From Gammaproteobacteria bacterium (lineage in GTDB: Bacteria; Pseudomonadota; Gammaproteobacteria; Eutrophobiales; Eutrophobiaceae): a DNA stretch of 64,000 nt. The stretch covers positions 2,752,001 to 2,816,000 of the forward strand of contig OZ244905.1 of the NCBI GenBank assembly GCA_965221695.1, read 5' to 3'. The translations under genes were made by a program, and so were the position numbers. The notes under the pieces were generated by a model that was not told the origin of the DNA, did not search any database, and was given only the letters and a program-made list of their open reading frames with translations. Below, one piece after another: positions 30,565 to 39,802 of the stretch; the first letter of the stretch is position 1, and every line of letters starts with the position of its first letter.

Positions 30565-30810
30565 TTGATGCAACAACAGACAACAAAAGTATTCAAAAGC
30601 GGCAATAGCCAGGCGGTGAGGTTACCGCGTGATTTTCGGGTAGATTGCGAAGAGGTGCTGATTAGAAAACAAGGTAGAAACATCATTATTTCGCCACTGC
30701 CGATATCATGGGAAGGTTTTATGGAAGATATTCCACCGTTATCGAGTGACTTTTCCGTTGAGGGCGCTGAGTTGCCGAATGATTTGCCTCGCGCGGCGTT
30801 AAAGGACTGA
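30565..30810 (+). CDS. vapB: Antitoxin VapB (AbrB/SpoVT fold)
   Basis: KVFKSGNSQAVRLP; directly upstream of a PIN-domain gene. Confidence 0.92.
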   Translation: MMQQQTTKVFKSGNSQAVRLPRDFRVDCEEVLIRKQGRNIIISPLPISWEGFMEDIPPLSSDFSVEGAELPNDLPRAALKD

Positions 30811-30812
30811 AG

Positions 30813-31229
30813 GTGGTCAGGTACCTGTTGGATACGGATACGTCCATCGCCATCATGGATGATTCTCCTGTTCATGTGCGGCAGCAATTGAAAAAAAACC
30901 GTGTTGATGAGGTAGGCATCTCGACCATCACCCTGTATGAATTGCAGTACGGCGTGAGTAAATCACGAAAACGCCGCCGCAACAGCGCGACCTTGAATAG
31001 TTTTCTTGCGTATATCCAGGTACTGGAGTGGACTCGGGAATGTGCTTATTCGGCGGGGAACCTGCGCGCTGAGCTGGAAAAGCGCGGCAACCTCATTGGC
31101 CCCTATGATTTACTGATCGCAGCGCACGCCACCACCTTGGGAGCAACACTTGTCACGCATAACGTTAAGGAATTCATACAGGTGGATAATTTAAGAATAC
31201 AGGACTGGGTGGGGACGGAAACAGCATAA
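30813..31229 (+). CDS. vapC: Toxin VapC (PIN domain)
   Basis: YLLDT, EL.YG, IGPYDLLIAAHA, LVTHN..EF. Confidence 0.92.
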   Translation: MVRYLLDTDTSIAIMDDSPVHVRQQLKKNRVDEVGISTITLYELQYGVSKSRKRRRNSATLNSFLAYIQVLEWTRECAYSAGNLRAELEKRGNLIGPYDLLIAAHATTLGATLVTHNVKEFIQVDNLRIQDWVGTETA

Positions 31230-31270
31230 CCTGCGTTAAGTGTGTGCTTGTCTGTGGCTAAGCGGCGGCG

Positions 31271-31450
31271 TGAACGGGGATCAAGACAGTGATAGAGTTG
31301 AAGTGGGAGTGCCATCTTCCGGGAAGAAGGTGAAGACCGACACATAATACTATATCAGTTCCCTGCCCATGGATGTTGAGCGGGTGCCGCAGATGATGCG
31401 ACGGTGTTGGGAGGTCGAGAAAGGGGTTGCCCTGATAGTGTATTGATGTA
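31271..31450 (+). pseudogene. Decayed ISAs1-family transposase fragment
   Basis: Broken frames read *TGIKTVIE then GKKVKTDT*YYISSLPMDVERVPQMMRRCWEVEKG, resembling the ISAs1 YYISSL...R.HW.VEN.LHW region; has stops and frameshifts. Confidence 0.65.
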
Positions 31451-31530
31451 AGCAATATATGCTTGACAAATGATGCTATACTAATTTTCCCCAGTAGGAA
31501 AGAGATTAGTATCAGAGATTAGTATCAATC

Positions 31531-31740
31531 ATGCAGAGAGGAACAGTGGCAGAGTCAATGAAAATAAGTCCTCAGAGAGAAAAAGATATTCTTGGCGCCT
31601 TGAAAAAGGCTGGCGAACAAATGACTCCAGAGCAGAAACGCCAACAAAGAATATCCTTTGTTATGGGAACCTTGGATAGTGAGAGCACCATCACGCGTGA
31701 TTTTGTGGAAGCTGTATTGGAGAAAACTCACGGGACGTAG
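31531..31740 (+). CDS. Small protein, candidate Fic antitoxin
   Basis: 69 aa, ends 5 bp before the Fic gene; MTPEQKRQQRISFVMGTLDSES resembles an (S/T)xxxE inhibitory helix. Confidence 0.55.
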   Translation: MQRGTVAESMKISPQREKDILGALKKAGEQMTPEQKRQQRISFVMGTLDSESTITRDFVEAVLEKTHGT

Positions 31741-31745
31741 AGTGC

Positions 31746-32372
31746 ATGATACTTTATGAATTAACGGGACAAAACGAAAGTGATCCAATATATGAAGCCC
31801 TTGAGGTTTCGAACGGTGGTCGTCATTACAGTTTTCTGGAATCAATAGTCTCTGCGTCTATTGAAATTGGTCGACCCTTTCTCTCACAAACAATAATAAA
31901 AGCAATAAACTATCATGCCATAGTCTGTCTTCATATTAATGCAGGCGAATATCGCCCTTGTGAAGTAGAAGTTGGAGATTACACGCCACCACCACATTAT
32001 CTCGTAAATTCCCTGATGGATGATTTTGTTAATTCAGTCAATCGATGGTGGGATGCGGCTGGTGCTGTGGAATTATCATCTTATGTTCTTTGGCAACTTA
32101 ATCGTATTCACCCATTCGTGAATGGAAACGGAAGAACTGCCAGAGCTGCATGTTACTTCGTGCTGTGTATAAAAGAAGGCGGCTGGTTGGGCGGTGGCAC
32201 CATATTACCTGAACTGCTACGTCAAAATAGAGAAGACTATATAAAAGCGCTTAGAGAAGTAGATGCCAGGGCATCGGATGAAAAATTCAAGGATAATTCT
32301 CTACAACCACTAAATGATCTTATTCTTAAACTGTTACAAATACAGGTTAATATTCCTAGTACTAGCCTATGA
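31746..32372 (+). CDS. Fic domain protein
   Basis: HPFVNGNGRTAR Fic motif, GEYR; AT-rich. Confidence 0.9.
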   Translation: MILYELTGQNESDPIYEALEVSNGGRHYSFLESIVSASIEIGRPFLSQTIIKAINYHAIVCLHINAGEYRPCEVEVGDYTPPPHYLVNSLMDDFVNSVNRWWDAAGAVELSSYVLWQLNRIHPFVNGNGRTARAACYFVLCIKEGGWLGGGTILPELLRQNREDYIKALREVDARASDEKFKDNSLQPLNDLILKLLQIQVNIPSTSL

Positions 32373-32470
32373 CAAATGAATGTCACAACTTGAACTGACT
32401 TACAACTCATAAGAGGTTCCTGTGACACAGGAATAAATCGCCACAAATACCTAAGAAATAAACCAGAAAC

Positions 32471-33181
32471 ATGACTGCCAGTATATTCAACGCCGCGCCG
32501 GGTGATTTTGCCGAGACCGTGCTCATGCCCGGAGATCCGTTGAGGGCGAAATACATTGCCGAAAAATATCTCAGTGATGCTCGGCAGGTATCCGATGTTC
32601 GCAACATGCTGGGTTTCACCGGCTCATACAAGAGCATGAATGTTTCGGTTGTGGCGCATGGTATCGGCATACCCTCGGCCTGCGTGTACTGTACTGAATT
32701 GATCACCGCTTACGGCGTCAAACGCATTATTCGGGTCGGCAGTTGCGGGACGATTTCGGCATCAGTCAAAATGCGGGATATCGTTATTGCGATGGGCGCG
32801 TCGACCGATTCCAATGTCAACCGGGTGCGCTTTAACGGATTTGATTTCGCGGCGCTGGCCGATTATGACCTGTTGCAGAATGCTGTCAGCGCGGCAAAGG
32901 TGCAAGCTGTTCCGTTTCACGTTGCGAACGTGTTCTCCTCCGACCTGTTTTTCCCGCCGCCGGGCAAGCAGATGTGGGACGTGATGGAACGCTTGAATGT
33001 CCCGGTGGTGGAGATGGAGGTGGCCGGCATTTACGGAGTCGCCGCTGAATACGGCGCTAAGGCAGTGGCGCTGTGCACTGTTACCGACGATGCCCGCGCC
33101 GTCACCGGGCTGTCGGTGGAAGCGCGCCAGACCAGCCTGGACCAGATGATTGATGTCGCGCTGGAAGCGGCCCTGCTGTAA
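32471..33181 (+). CDS. deoD: Purine nucleoside phosphorylase DeoD-type
   Basis: MPGDPLRAKYIAE, VRNMLGFTG, RVGSCG, VEME. Confidence 0.92.
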   Translation: MTASIFNAAPGDFAETVLMPGDPLRAKYIAEKYLSDARQVSDVRNMLGFTGSYKSMNVSVVAHGIGIPSACVYCTELITAYGVKRIIRVGSCGTISASVKMRDIVIAMGASTDSNVNRVRFNGFDFAALADYDLLQNAVSAAKVQAVPFHVANVFSSDLFFPPPGKQMWDVMERLNVPVVEMEVAGIYGVAAEYGAKAVALCTVTDDARAVTGLSVEARQTSLDQMIDVALEAALL

Positions 33182-33187
33182 CGCTAG

Positions 33188-33338
33188 GGAAACTCTGATT
33201 AAGTCAGAGTTTCCTGCGATACAGGGATGTATCGCCAAATTCAATGACGATAAGTCATTGAATTTGAGAGCAAAACAAAAATCGCATTTTTGTTTTGCGT
33301 GCTCTGACAAGTCCAGGATGGACTTGTTCAGAGCTTCC
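33188..33338 (-). mobile_element. 151-bp IS5-type MITE, copy 3 (inverted)
   Basis: Reverse-complement homolog of copy 1; CTAG repeats at 33184-33187 and 33339-33342; lies between convergent genes. Confidence 0.9.
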
Positions 33339-33344
33339 CTAGTA

Positions 33345-35018
33345 CTAATGCCCGGTGGCCCGGGCCAGCGCTTTCGACACCTTTTCCCTGTTGAACTCCC
33401 GCCAGCGTCCGGCGACATGCTGGTCGGGCCGTACCAGGTAATACGTACCCGGGCGGGCATCGTAGTGCCGATAAAGCAGGCCGTCACTGTCCGTGATACG
33501 GTTTTTGCCTGTCCCTGATACCACCAGGGTATCGACCGGGATTTGCTCCGAGCCGACTGCGTCGAGTTCCGCCGGCGTGTTGCCGTCGTCGCTGAAATAA
33601 ATGCCGACGAAGCGGTCTCCCAACAGGTTCAGGAACCAGGTATCAGCGCCATTGATGGTGACCGGGGCGTCCAGGCAGGGCGCGCCGGGTCGCAGCCTGT
33701 CGCTGAATTCATCCTCGTCCGGCGTGTTCAGGGGCGAACCGTCCAGGACACTGGGCATGGACAGGCGGCCGGGGTTGACGAACCTGCGGGCAAACTCGAA
33801 ATCCTTTGCCAGTTCCAGCGTGGCGTTGCGGAACGCGAGGCTGACCTCACTTTTCGGGGTCATAAAGTCTGTGCTGCGGGATGAATTCATCACGTTTTCT
33901 TCAGCGCCCAGGATGCGTTCATCGTCATAGCTGTCGATGAGGGTGGGCGGCGCGGCGCCGGTCAGCGCCAGGTGGAGTTTCCAGGCCAGGTTGTCCACAT
34001 CCTGCAGCCCGCCGTTTGCGCCGCGTGCCCCGAACGGCGACACGAGATGGGCGGAATCGCCGGCGAAGATGGTGCGCCCATGAACGAACTTTTCCATGCG
34101 GCAGCACTTGAACGTATACAGGCTCACCCATTCGTACTCGAATTCGATATCGGCGCCGAGAAATGCCCGAATCTTTGCGTCGATATTCTCCTCCTTCATC
34201 ACCTCATCGCGGTCGATGTCCCAGCCCATCTGGAAATCGATGCGCCAGACATCATCGGCCTGCTTGTGGATCAGCGAGGTCTGGCCGGGATTGAACGGCG
34301 GGTCAAACCAGAAACGCCGGATCGCGGGAAAGTCCGCCTTCATGCGCACGTCGGCAATCAGAAAATTGTCCTCGAACACCCGGCCAACAAAGTCCAGACC
34401 CAGAGCCTCGCGTATCGGGCTGCGATGCCCGTCTGCTGCGATCAGGTAGTCGCAACTGAGCCGGTATTCTCCGTCGGGAGTGCTCACGGTAACGACAACC
34501 TTGTCGGCGCCGTTCTCGATACCGACCACTTCGTTCTGCCAGCGAACCCCGGTTAGCGGATACTCTGGGAACAGGTCGATCAGGTACTCTTCCGCGTAGA
34601 ACTGCTGCAGGTTGATGAACGCGGGAAACTTCTGCTGCTTGTCCGGCAACAGGTCGAACTTGTAGATGGGTTCGGTTTCCTCGCCGAAATAGACCCAGCC
34701 CTGGTTCCACACCACGCCTTTTTCCATCATGCGCTCACTGGTTCCGAGCCGGTCCAGGATTTCCAGCGTGCGTTTCGCCCAGCAGATGGCGCGCGAACCG
34801 TCGCTGACGGTATTGTATTTCTCAAGCACCACGGAGGGAATGCCGTAACGCGCCAGGTCTATCGCACTGGCCAGGCCGATGGGACCACCGCCGGCGATGA
34901 TCACCGGAAAATGGGCTGTCTCACCGGAATCGATCTCGGCGGGCCGGATAAATTCATATATGCGCCGCGCCTGGCGGCTGGTCTGCCGCGCCTTGCCTAT
35001 ATCACCGTATTTCGCCAT
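33345..35018 (-). CDS. FAD-dependent aromatic monooxygenase (MhpA/PheA-like, group A)
   Basis: GGGPIG, ADG, GDSAHLVSPFGARGAN, C-terminal LVRPDQHV thioredoxin-like domain. Confidence 0.88.
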   Translation of the reverse strand: MAKYGDIGKARQTSRQARRIYEFIRPAEIDSGETAHFPVIIAGGGPIGLASAIDLARYGIPSVVLEKYNTVSDGSRAICWAKRTLEILDRLGTSERMMEKGVVWNQGWVYFGEETEPIYKFDLLPDKQQKFPAFINLQQFYAEEYLIDLFPEYPLTGVRWQNEVVGIENGADKVVVTVSTPDGEYRLSCDYLIAADGHRSPIREALGLDFVGRVFEDNFLIADVRMKADFPAIRRFWFDPPFNPGQTSLIHKQADDVWRIDFQMGWDIDRDEVMKEENIDAKIRAFLGADIEFEYEWVSLYTFKCCRMEKFVHGRTIFAGDSAHLVSPFGARGANGGLQDVDNLAWKLHLALTGAAPPTLIDSYDDERILGAEENVMNSSRSTDFMTPKSEVSLAFRNATLELAKDFEFARRFVNPGRLSMPSVLDGSPLNTPDEDEFSDRLRPGAPCLDAPVTINGADTWFLNLLGDRFVGIYFSDDGNTPAELDAVGSEQIPVDTLVVSGTGKNRITDSDGLLYRHYDARPGTYYLVRPDQHVAGRWREFNREKVSKALARATGH

Positions 35019-35197
35019 GGGTCGATTATACCGTTTAACTCACAGATGTCTGATTGTATTGTAACCGCATGCAGGATAGGTCAGCAGCGCGGTTTCCGCT
35101 ACATACAAGTTTTGCTTCCGCTATGTCTATGTGTTGCCATTGGAATACGTTTATACTGTTCTGCGGATGCTTTCCAAACAGGGACACCGATACATAA

Positions 35198-35226
35198 GGA
35201 ACCTCTGGTCAAGTCCCGGAGGTTAC
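35198..35226. repeat. Degenerate solo MITE terminal hairpin
   Basis: GGAACCTCTGG-TCAAGTC-CCGGAGGTTAC, flanks ATAA/ACAA, in the TBDR leader. Confidence 0.5.
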
Positions 35227-35249
35227 ACAACGATTTGGAGGGTAGACTT

Positions 35250-37553
35250 ATGAAACGCCATTTGAATTCATTGCTGGTGAGCGCAGCATTAGTTGGCATG
35301 GTTCTGCCGATGACCGCTTATCCGCAGATAGAGGAGATCGTCGTCACCGCACAAAAGCGCGAGGAAAACCTGCAGGACACACCCATCGCCATTACCGCGT
35401 TTACCGAGGAAGCCTTGGAAGCGCGCATGATCAGCGACATATCGAAACTCGCGGATTTCACGCCCAATGTGATCTTTGATACCACTGCGCCGATCAGCGG
35501 CCTGTCCAATGGCGCCGCGGTGTTTATCCGGGGTATCGGGCAACTGGATTTTGCGATGACCACGGATCCTGGTGTGGGAACCTATATTGACGGCGTTTAT
35601 TCATCCCGCGCGGTAGGCGGCGTACTGGATGTGGTGGACATTGAGCGAATCGAAATTCTGCGCGGTTCCCAGGGTACCCTGTTCGGCCGCAACACGATAG
35701 GCGGCGCCATCAACATCACTACCAAGCGGCCGGCAGAGACCTTCGGCGGGATGCTGGAAGCCACTTTCGGCGAGTTTGAGAGGACGGATTTCAAGGGTTC
35801 ACTCGATGTGCCGGTTACGGATAAGTTCCGCACCAAGTTCGCCTTTTCCAGCAAGAACAGGAACGGCTTCGTGGACCGAATAGCAGTCGGGGATCGGCTG
35901 GGTGATGAAGACCGGCAGTCGGTGCGCGCATCGTTCCTGTTGCAGCCGGCGGATGCCATCGAGATGTATGCGACCGTAGATTACACCAGTATCGACGAAC
36001 AGAGCGCCGGCAGCGTGATGGTCGGCATCACCGAGTTCACCGGTGACCCGGCGCAAGGTCTGACGCCCAGCAGTACCTGGGCCTACAACCAGGTGTTCGT
36101 GCCGGCCAACCCCGGCGCTGCGCCTTACACTCTCAATGAATTTTTACCGGGCGCTGCCGATCAGACCCTGGCAACCGGGCCCACAGGCACTGATCTAGAA
36201 AGTTTCGGCGCTACCCTGACCTTCACCTGGTCGCTTCCCTGGTTCGAGTTCAAATCGATCTCGTCGTATCGCGACACGGAAGGTGAGTTCTACCGTGACC
36301 CGGATAATTCCTCTGTTGAGATCACGGAGACCTCCAATCCCAATTACAACCACGAGCAGTTCAGCCAGGAACTGCAGTTAACCGGCGCAGGGTTCAACGA
36401 GCGCTTGCAATATGTGCTCGGCGCCTACTATTTCGAGGAAGACGGCGCCGATGATGTGTTCGTGCCTATATACGGGGCCTTGCCGACGCCCGTTGGTCTG
36501 ATAGCGTTACCGCTTTACATCAACAATTACTCAACGGTGGATAACGACAGCAAGGCGGTTTTCGGCCAAGGGACCTTCGCCGTCACCGAACAGATCGCGC
36601 TGACCTTCGGGATGCGCTATACGGAAGATAAAAAAGGATTTGGATACCGCCAATATATCTCACCTGACCCGTTCCCGGGCAACATCGCGGTCGTCGCAAT
36701 TCTTGGCCCGCCCTTCGCGGTCCCGGGGCCGGCAGATGCGCTTGTTATGTGGGATAAGGTATCGGAGAAATTCAATGAGTTGAATTTCCGCGCCGGCATC
36801 GACTACCAGCTCAACGACGATACCCTGTTGTACTTCACCTATGCGGACGGGTACAAAAGCGGCGGCTTCAACTACCGCTACGTGGTCCCCCGCCTGGACC
36901 CGCTGCCGTTCGACCCGGAGACCCTGGAGTCCTACGAGGTGGGGGTGAAATGGCAAGGTCTGGACGACCGCCTGCGCATCAATGCGGCGGGGTTTGTCAG
37001 TGAGTACAGCGATGTGCAGATCCAGTTGTTCGAGACCGGCGGTGGCCCGCTGACCCAGAATGCCGGTGTCGCCGATATCATCGGCGTGGAAGTGGAACTG
37101 ACCGCAGCGCTCCATGAGCGCCTGCTGCTCAACGCCGGCTTCGGCTACATCGACGCAGAGTACGATGAGCTCAACCTGCCCACCACGAATGTGGCGCAGG
37201 CGGTCAACCTGGATACAAAACTGCCCAATACCCCTGAAACCACGGTGAATGTCTCGGCGCAATATTCCCACCCGCTGCCCTGGGGTTCACTGATCGTGCG
37301 TGGCGATTACCGCTATACCGACGACCTGTACAACGATGCACAAAATTCCCCGTTTCTGTACCAGGATGGGTATCATACGGTGAACGCGTCGTTGACCTTC
37401 AGCGCCGGCAACTGGGAATTCAGCGTATTCGGCGTCAACCTGACGGATAAACGTTTTATCACCAGCGGCGACTCCAACTTCGGCCTGGGGTTCCACGAAG
37501 CGAATTACAACCGCCCGCGGGAGTTCGGCGGGCTGCTCAGGTACCGGTTTTAG
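35250..37553 (+). CDS. TonB-dependent receptor
   Basis: GGAGG RBS before MKRH, signal peptide, IEEIVVTAQKRE, GTLFGRNTIGG, C-terminal YRF. Confidence 0.95.
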   Translation: MKRHLNSLLVSAALVGMVLPMTAYPQIEEIVVTAQKREENLQDTPIAITAFTEEALEARMISDISKLADFTPNVIFDTTAPISGLSNGAAVFIRGIGQLDFAMTTDPGVGTYIDGVYSSRAVGGVLDVVDIERIEILRGSQGTLFGRNTIGGAINITTKRPAETFGGMLEATFGEFERTDFKGSLDVPVTDKFRTKFAFSSKNRNGFVDRIAVGDRLGDEDRQSVRASFLLQPADAIEMYATVDYTSIDEQSAGSVMVGITEFTGDPAQGLTPSSTWAYNQVFVPANPGAAPYTLNEFLPGAADQTLATGPTGTDLESFGATLTFTWSLPWFEFKSISSYRDTEGEFYRDPDNSSVEITETSNPNYNHEQFSQELQLTGAGFNERLQYVLGAYYFEEDGADDVFVPIYGALPTPVGLIALPLYINNYSTVDNDSKAVFGQGTFAVTEQIALTFGMRYTEDKKGFGYRQYISPDPFPGNIAVVAILGPPFAVPGPADALVMWDKVSEKFNELNFRAGIDYQLNDDTLLYFTYADGYKSGGFNYRYVVPRLDPLPFDPETLESYEVGVKWQGLDDRLRINAAGFVSEYSDVQIQLFETGGGPLTQNAGVADIIGVEVELTAALHERLLLNAGFGYIDAEYDELNLPTTNVAQAVNLDTKLPNTPETTVNVSAQYSHPLPWGSLIVRGDYRYTDDLYNDAQNSPFLYQDGYHTVNASLTFSAGNWEFSVFGVNLTDKRFITSGDSNFGLGFHEANYNRPREFGGLLRYRF

Positions 37554-37604
37554 GCTAGCCCGCAACACCTGCTGAGAAATACGGGCTAACAGGAGAATTT
37601 GCAG

Positions 37605-38639
37605 ATGTTGGAACAATACAAAGTAGCCGTGGTCCAGGCGGCGCCGGTGTTCCTGGACCTGGAAGGCACGGTTGCCAAGGGGATTGCGTTAATTGAGGAA
37701 GCGGCGCGTAACGGCGCCCGGCTGATCGGGTTCCCGGAGACCTGGATACCGGGTTACCCGTGGTGGATCTGGCTGGATTCCCCGATCGATGGTCTGCGTT
37801 TTGTGCAGCAATACCATGAAAACAGCCTGGGTAAGGACAGCCCGCAGTTGCAGCAGCTCTGCGATGCGGCTCGGGATAATGACATCATGGTAGTAATGGG
37901 CGCCAGTGAGCGGGACGGCGGTTCACGTTACATCTCACAGTTTTTCATCGGCGCAGATGGCGCGTTGCTGGACATCCGGCGCAAGCTGAAACCAACCCAC
38001 GTGGAACGCACCGTGTTCGGCGATGGCCATGGCAATAACTTGCGTGTCTATGAGACGGAACTTGGCCGGGTGGGTGGTCTGTGCTGTTGGGAGCATTTGC
38101 AGCCGTTGAGCAAGTATGCGATGTATGCCCAGAATGAACAGGTACATATCGGCGCCTGGCCGACCTTCAGCCTGTACCGTGACAAGGCCTACAGCCTTGG
38201 ACCGGAGTTGAACATGGCGGCATCTTCGGTGTATGCAGCCGAGGGGTCATGTTATTTTCTTGCGCCGTGCGGGCTCATTTCGCAGGACATGGTTGAGTTG
38301 ATGGCCACTACCCCGACAAAACAGGACCTGCTCCCGCCCGGCGGCGGTCATGCGATGATCTTCGGGCCGGACGGCGCGCCTTTGTGTGACTACCTGGCAG
38401 AAGATGCCGAGGGCCTGTTATACGCAGAAGTTGACTTCGGCGCCATCACGGTAGCGAAATCCTTTGCCGACCCGGCCGGACACTACTCCCGTCCGGATGT
38501 CACACGCCTGTTGTTGAATGTTGCTCCGGTCACGCCAGTCGAATACCTGGATACGCCTGCTGAGGAAGAGGACGATACGGGGACCCTGGACATTGAGACA
38601 CATGCCGGTTCGACTTCAGGGTTGTCTGTCGTGAAATAG
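37605..38639 (+). CDS. Nitrilase (arylacetonitrilase/aliphatic nitrilase branch)
   Basis: FPETWIPGYP, RRKLKPTHVER, CCWEH (Glu-Lys-Cys triad), DPAGHYSRPDV. Confidence 0.92.
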   Translation: MLEQYKVAVVQAAPVFLDLEGTVAKGIALIEEAARNGARLIGFPETWIPGYPWWIWLDSPIDGLRFVQQYHENSLGKDSPQLQQLCDAARDNDIMVVMGASERDGGSRYISQFFIGADGALLDIRRKLKPTHVERTVFGDGHGNNLRVYETELGRVGGLCCWEHLQPLSKYAMYAQNEQVHIGAWPTFSLYRDKAYSLGPELNMAASSVYAAEGSCYFLAPCGLISQDMVELMATTPTKQDLLPPGGGHAMIFGPDGAPLCDYLAEDAEGLLYAEVDFGAITVAKSFADPAGHYSRPDVTRLLLNVAPVTPVEYLDTPAEEEDDTGTLDIETHAGSTSGLSVVK

Positions 38640-38708
38640 ATGGGCCGATTTGAACGCGTGCGGTGAGCAAAGCGGGCTATACTGATAAGTAAATCCCGGT
38701 ATTCTTCA

Positions 38709-39704
38709 ATGTCCGATTTTCTGCTTCCAAAAGGGCATATCACTACGACAGAGGATGTTGCCGAAAAAGACCAGCTTGAATACTGGATAGACATGATCTG
38801 TGATGAATTCGTGCAACTGGACTGCACCATCGAAAATCATCATAAGGACTTCAAGGGAAAAATCCGCGGCGCCCGACTCGGAGACATACGTGTCTCTGAA
38901 GTAAATTCCGATGCGCAACATGTTATCCGGTCGCGCAAACAGATCGCCAAATCCACCGAATGCGAGTTCCTGTTGAGCTTACAAATGGATGAGGTTGGTT
39001 TCATTAATCAGGATGGCCGTATTGCGGAACTGCACCCGGGAGATTTTGCACTGTATGACAGCACCAGGCCATACTTCCTGCATTTCGATCGGCCGTTTCG
39101 CCAGATAGTACTGCAGATTCCCTATCACTCCCTGGCGGAACAGTTCGTCAGGCCGGAGAATATCACTGCCCGCCGGGTATCCGCACAAACTGCCATGGGC
39201 GCGTTGGCATCGCAGTTCATACAGTCCGTCGCTGCGCGCCTGGACATCCTGTCGGCACAGGAACGCGGCGTGATCAACCACCACATCATCGAATTGATAG
39301 CGCTGGCCATGGGGTCGATGTCCTCGTTACCGGAACTGGACGGCCAATCGATTGCCCGAACTGCCCTGCTGGAACGTATCAAGCAGTACATTGAGATCAA
39401 TATCCGAGACCCGCAACTGACGCCGGCACAGGTCGCCTCACACCACCATATCAGCGAGCGTTACCAACGCATGCTGTTTGCATCCAAGGGCGCCACCGTC
39501 TCCAGGTATATCCTGGACAAGCGCCTGGAATTATGCCGGGAATCGCTGGAAAACCATGCCTTCCGTGATTACAGCCTCACCCAGATCGCCTTCAGCTACG
39601 GCTTCAATGACGCAGCACACTTCAGCCGCAGGTTCAGGGAGCGTTATGGCGCGTCTCCCAGGGAATATCGCGAAAGGCTCATACATAAAGCAACCTGTGA
39701 TTAA
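38709..39704 (+). CDS. AraC-family regulator (NitR/FeaR-like)
   Basis: QDGR...L.PGDFALYDSTRPY ligand domain; C-terminal IAFSYGFNDAAHFSRRFR...G.SPREYR. Confidence 0.9.
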   Translation: MSDFLLPKGHITTTEDVAEKDQLEYWIDMICDEFVQLDCTIENHHKDFKGKIRGARLGDIRVSEVNSDAQHVIRSRKQIAKSTECEFLLSLQMDEVGFINQDGRIAELHPGDFALYDSTRPYFLHFDRPFRQIVLQIPYHSLAEQFVRPENITARRVSAQTAMGALASQFIQSVAARLDILSAQERGVINHHIIELIALAMGSMSSLPELDGQSIARTALLERIKQYIEINIRDPQLTPAQVASHHHISERYQRMLFASKGATVSRYILDKRLELCRESLENHAFRDYSLTQIAFSYGFNDAAHFSRRFRERYGASPREYRERLIHKATCD

Positions 39705-39729
39705 ACCCCCACAGCTTCGCTTCCACGGC

Positions 39730-39759
39730 AAAAAAACCCGCAGCGTTGTCGCTGCGGGT
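39730..39759 (-). terminator. Rho-independent terminator of the sNOR cluster
   Basis: Minus strand reads ACCCGCAGCG-ACAA-CGCTGCGGGT followed by a T run. Confidence 0.75.
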
Positions 39760-39802
39760 AAAATGCTCACACTGCTTGGTAGGAAGGATACCGATCGCGT
39801 AT

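Noticed and set aside
32390-32420. Another solo MITE hairpin (CTGACTTA...AGAGGTTCC)
   Set aside because: Only the right arm matches, and there is no intact left arm or target duplication.
10131-33338. Repeats as a CRISPR array
   Set aside because: The copies are dispersed kilobases apart, there is no repeat-spacer periodicity, and there are no cas genes.
34911-35249. N-terminal extensions in the ORF track for the TBDRs (34911, 46928), boxC (27603), amidase (46526) and ilvE (16053)
   Set aside because: They overlap neighbouring genes or repeat/promoter DNA. Downstream ATGs give normal lengths or signal peptides.
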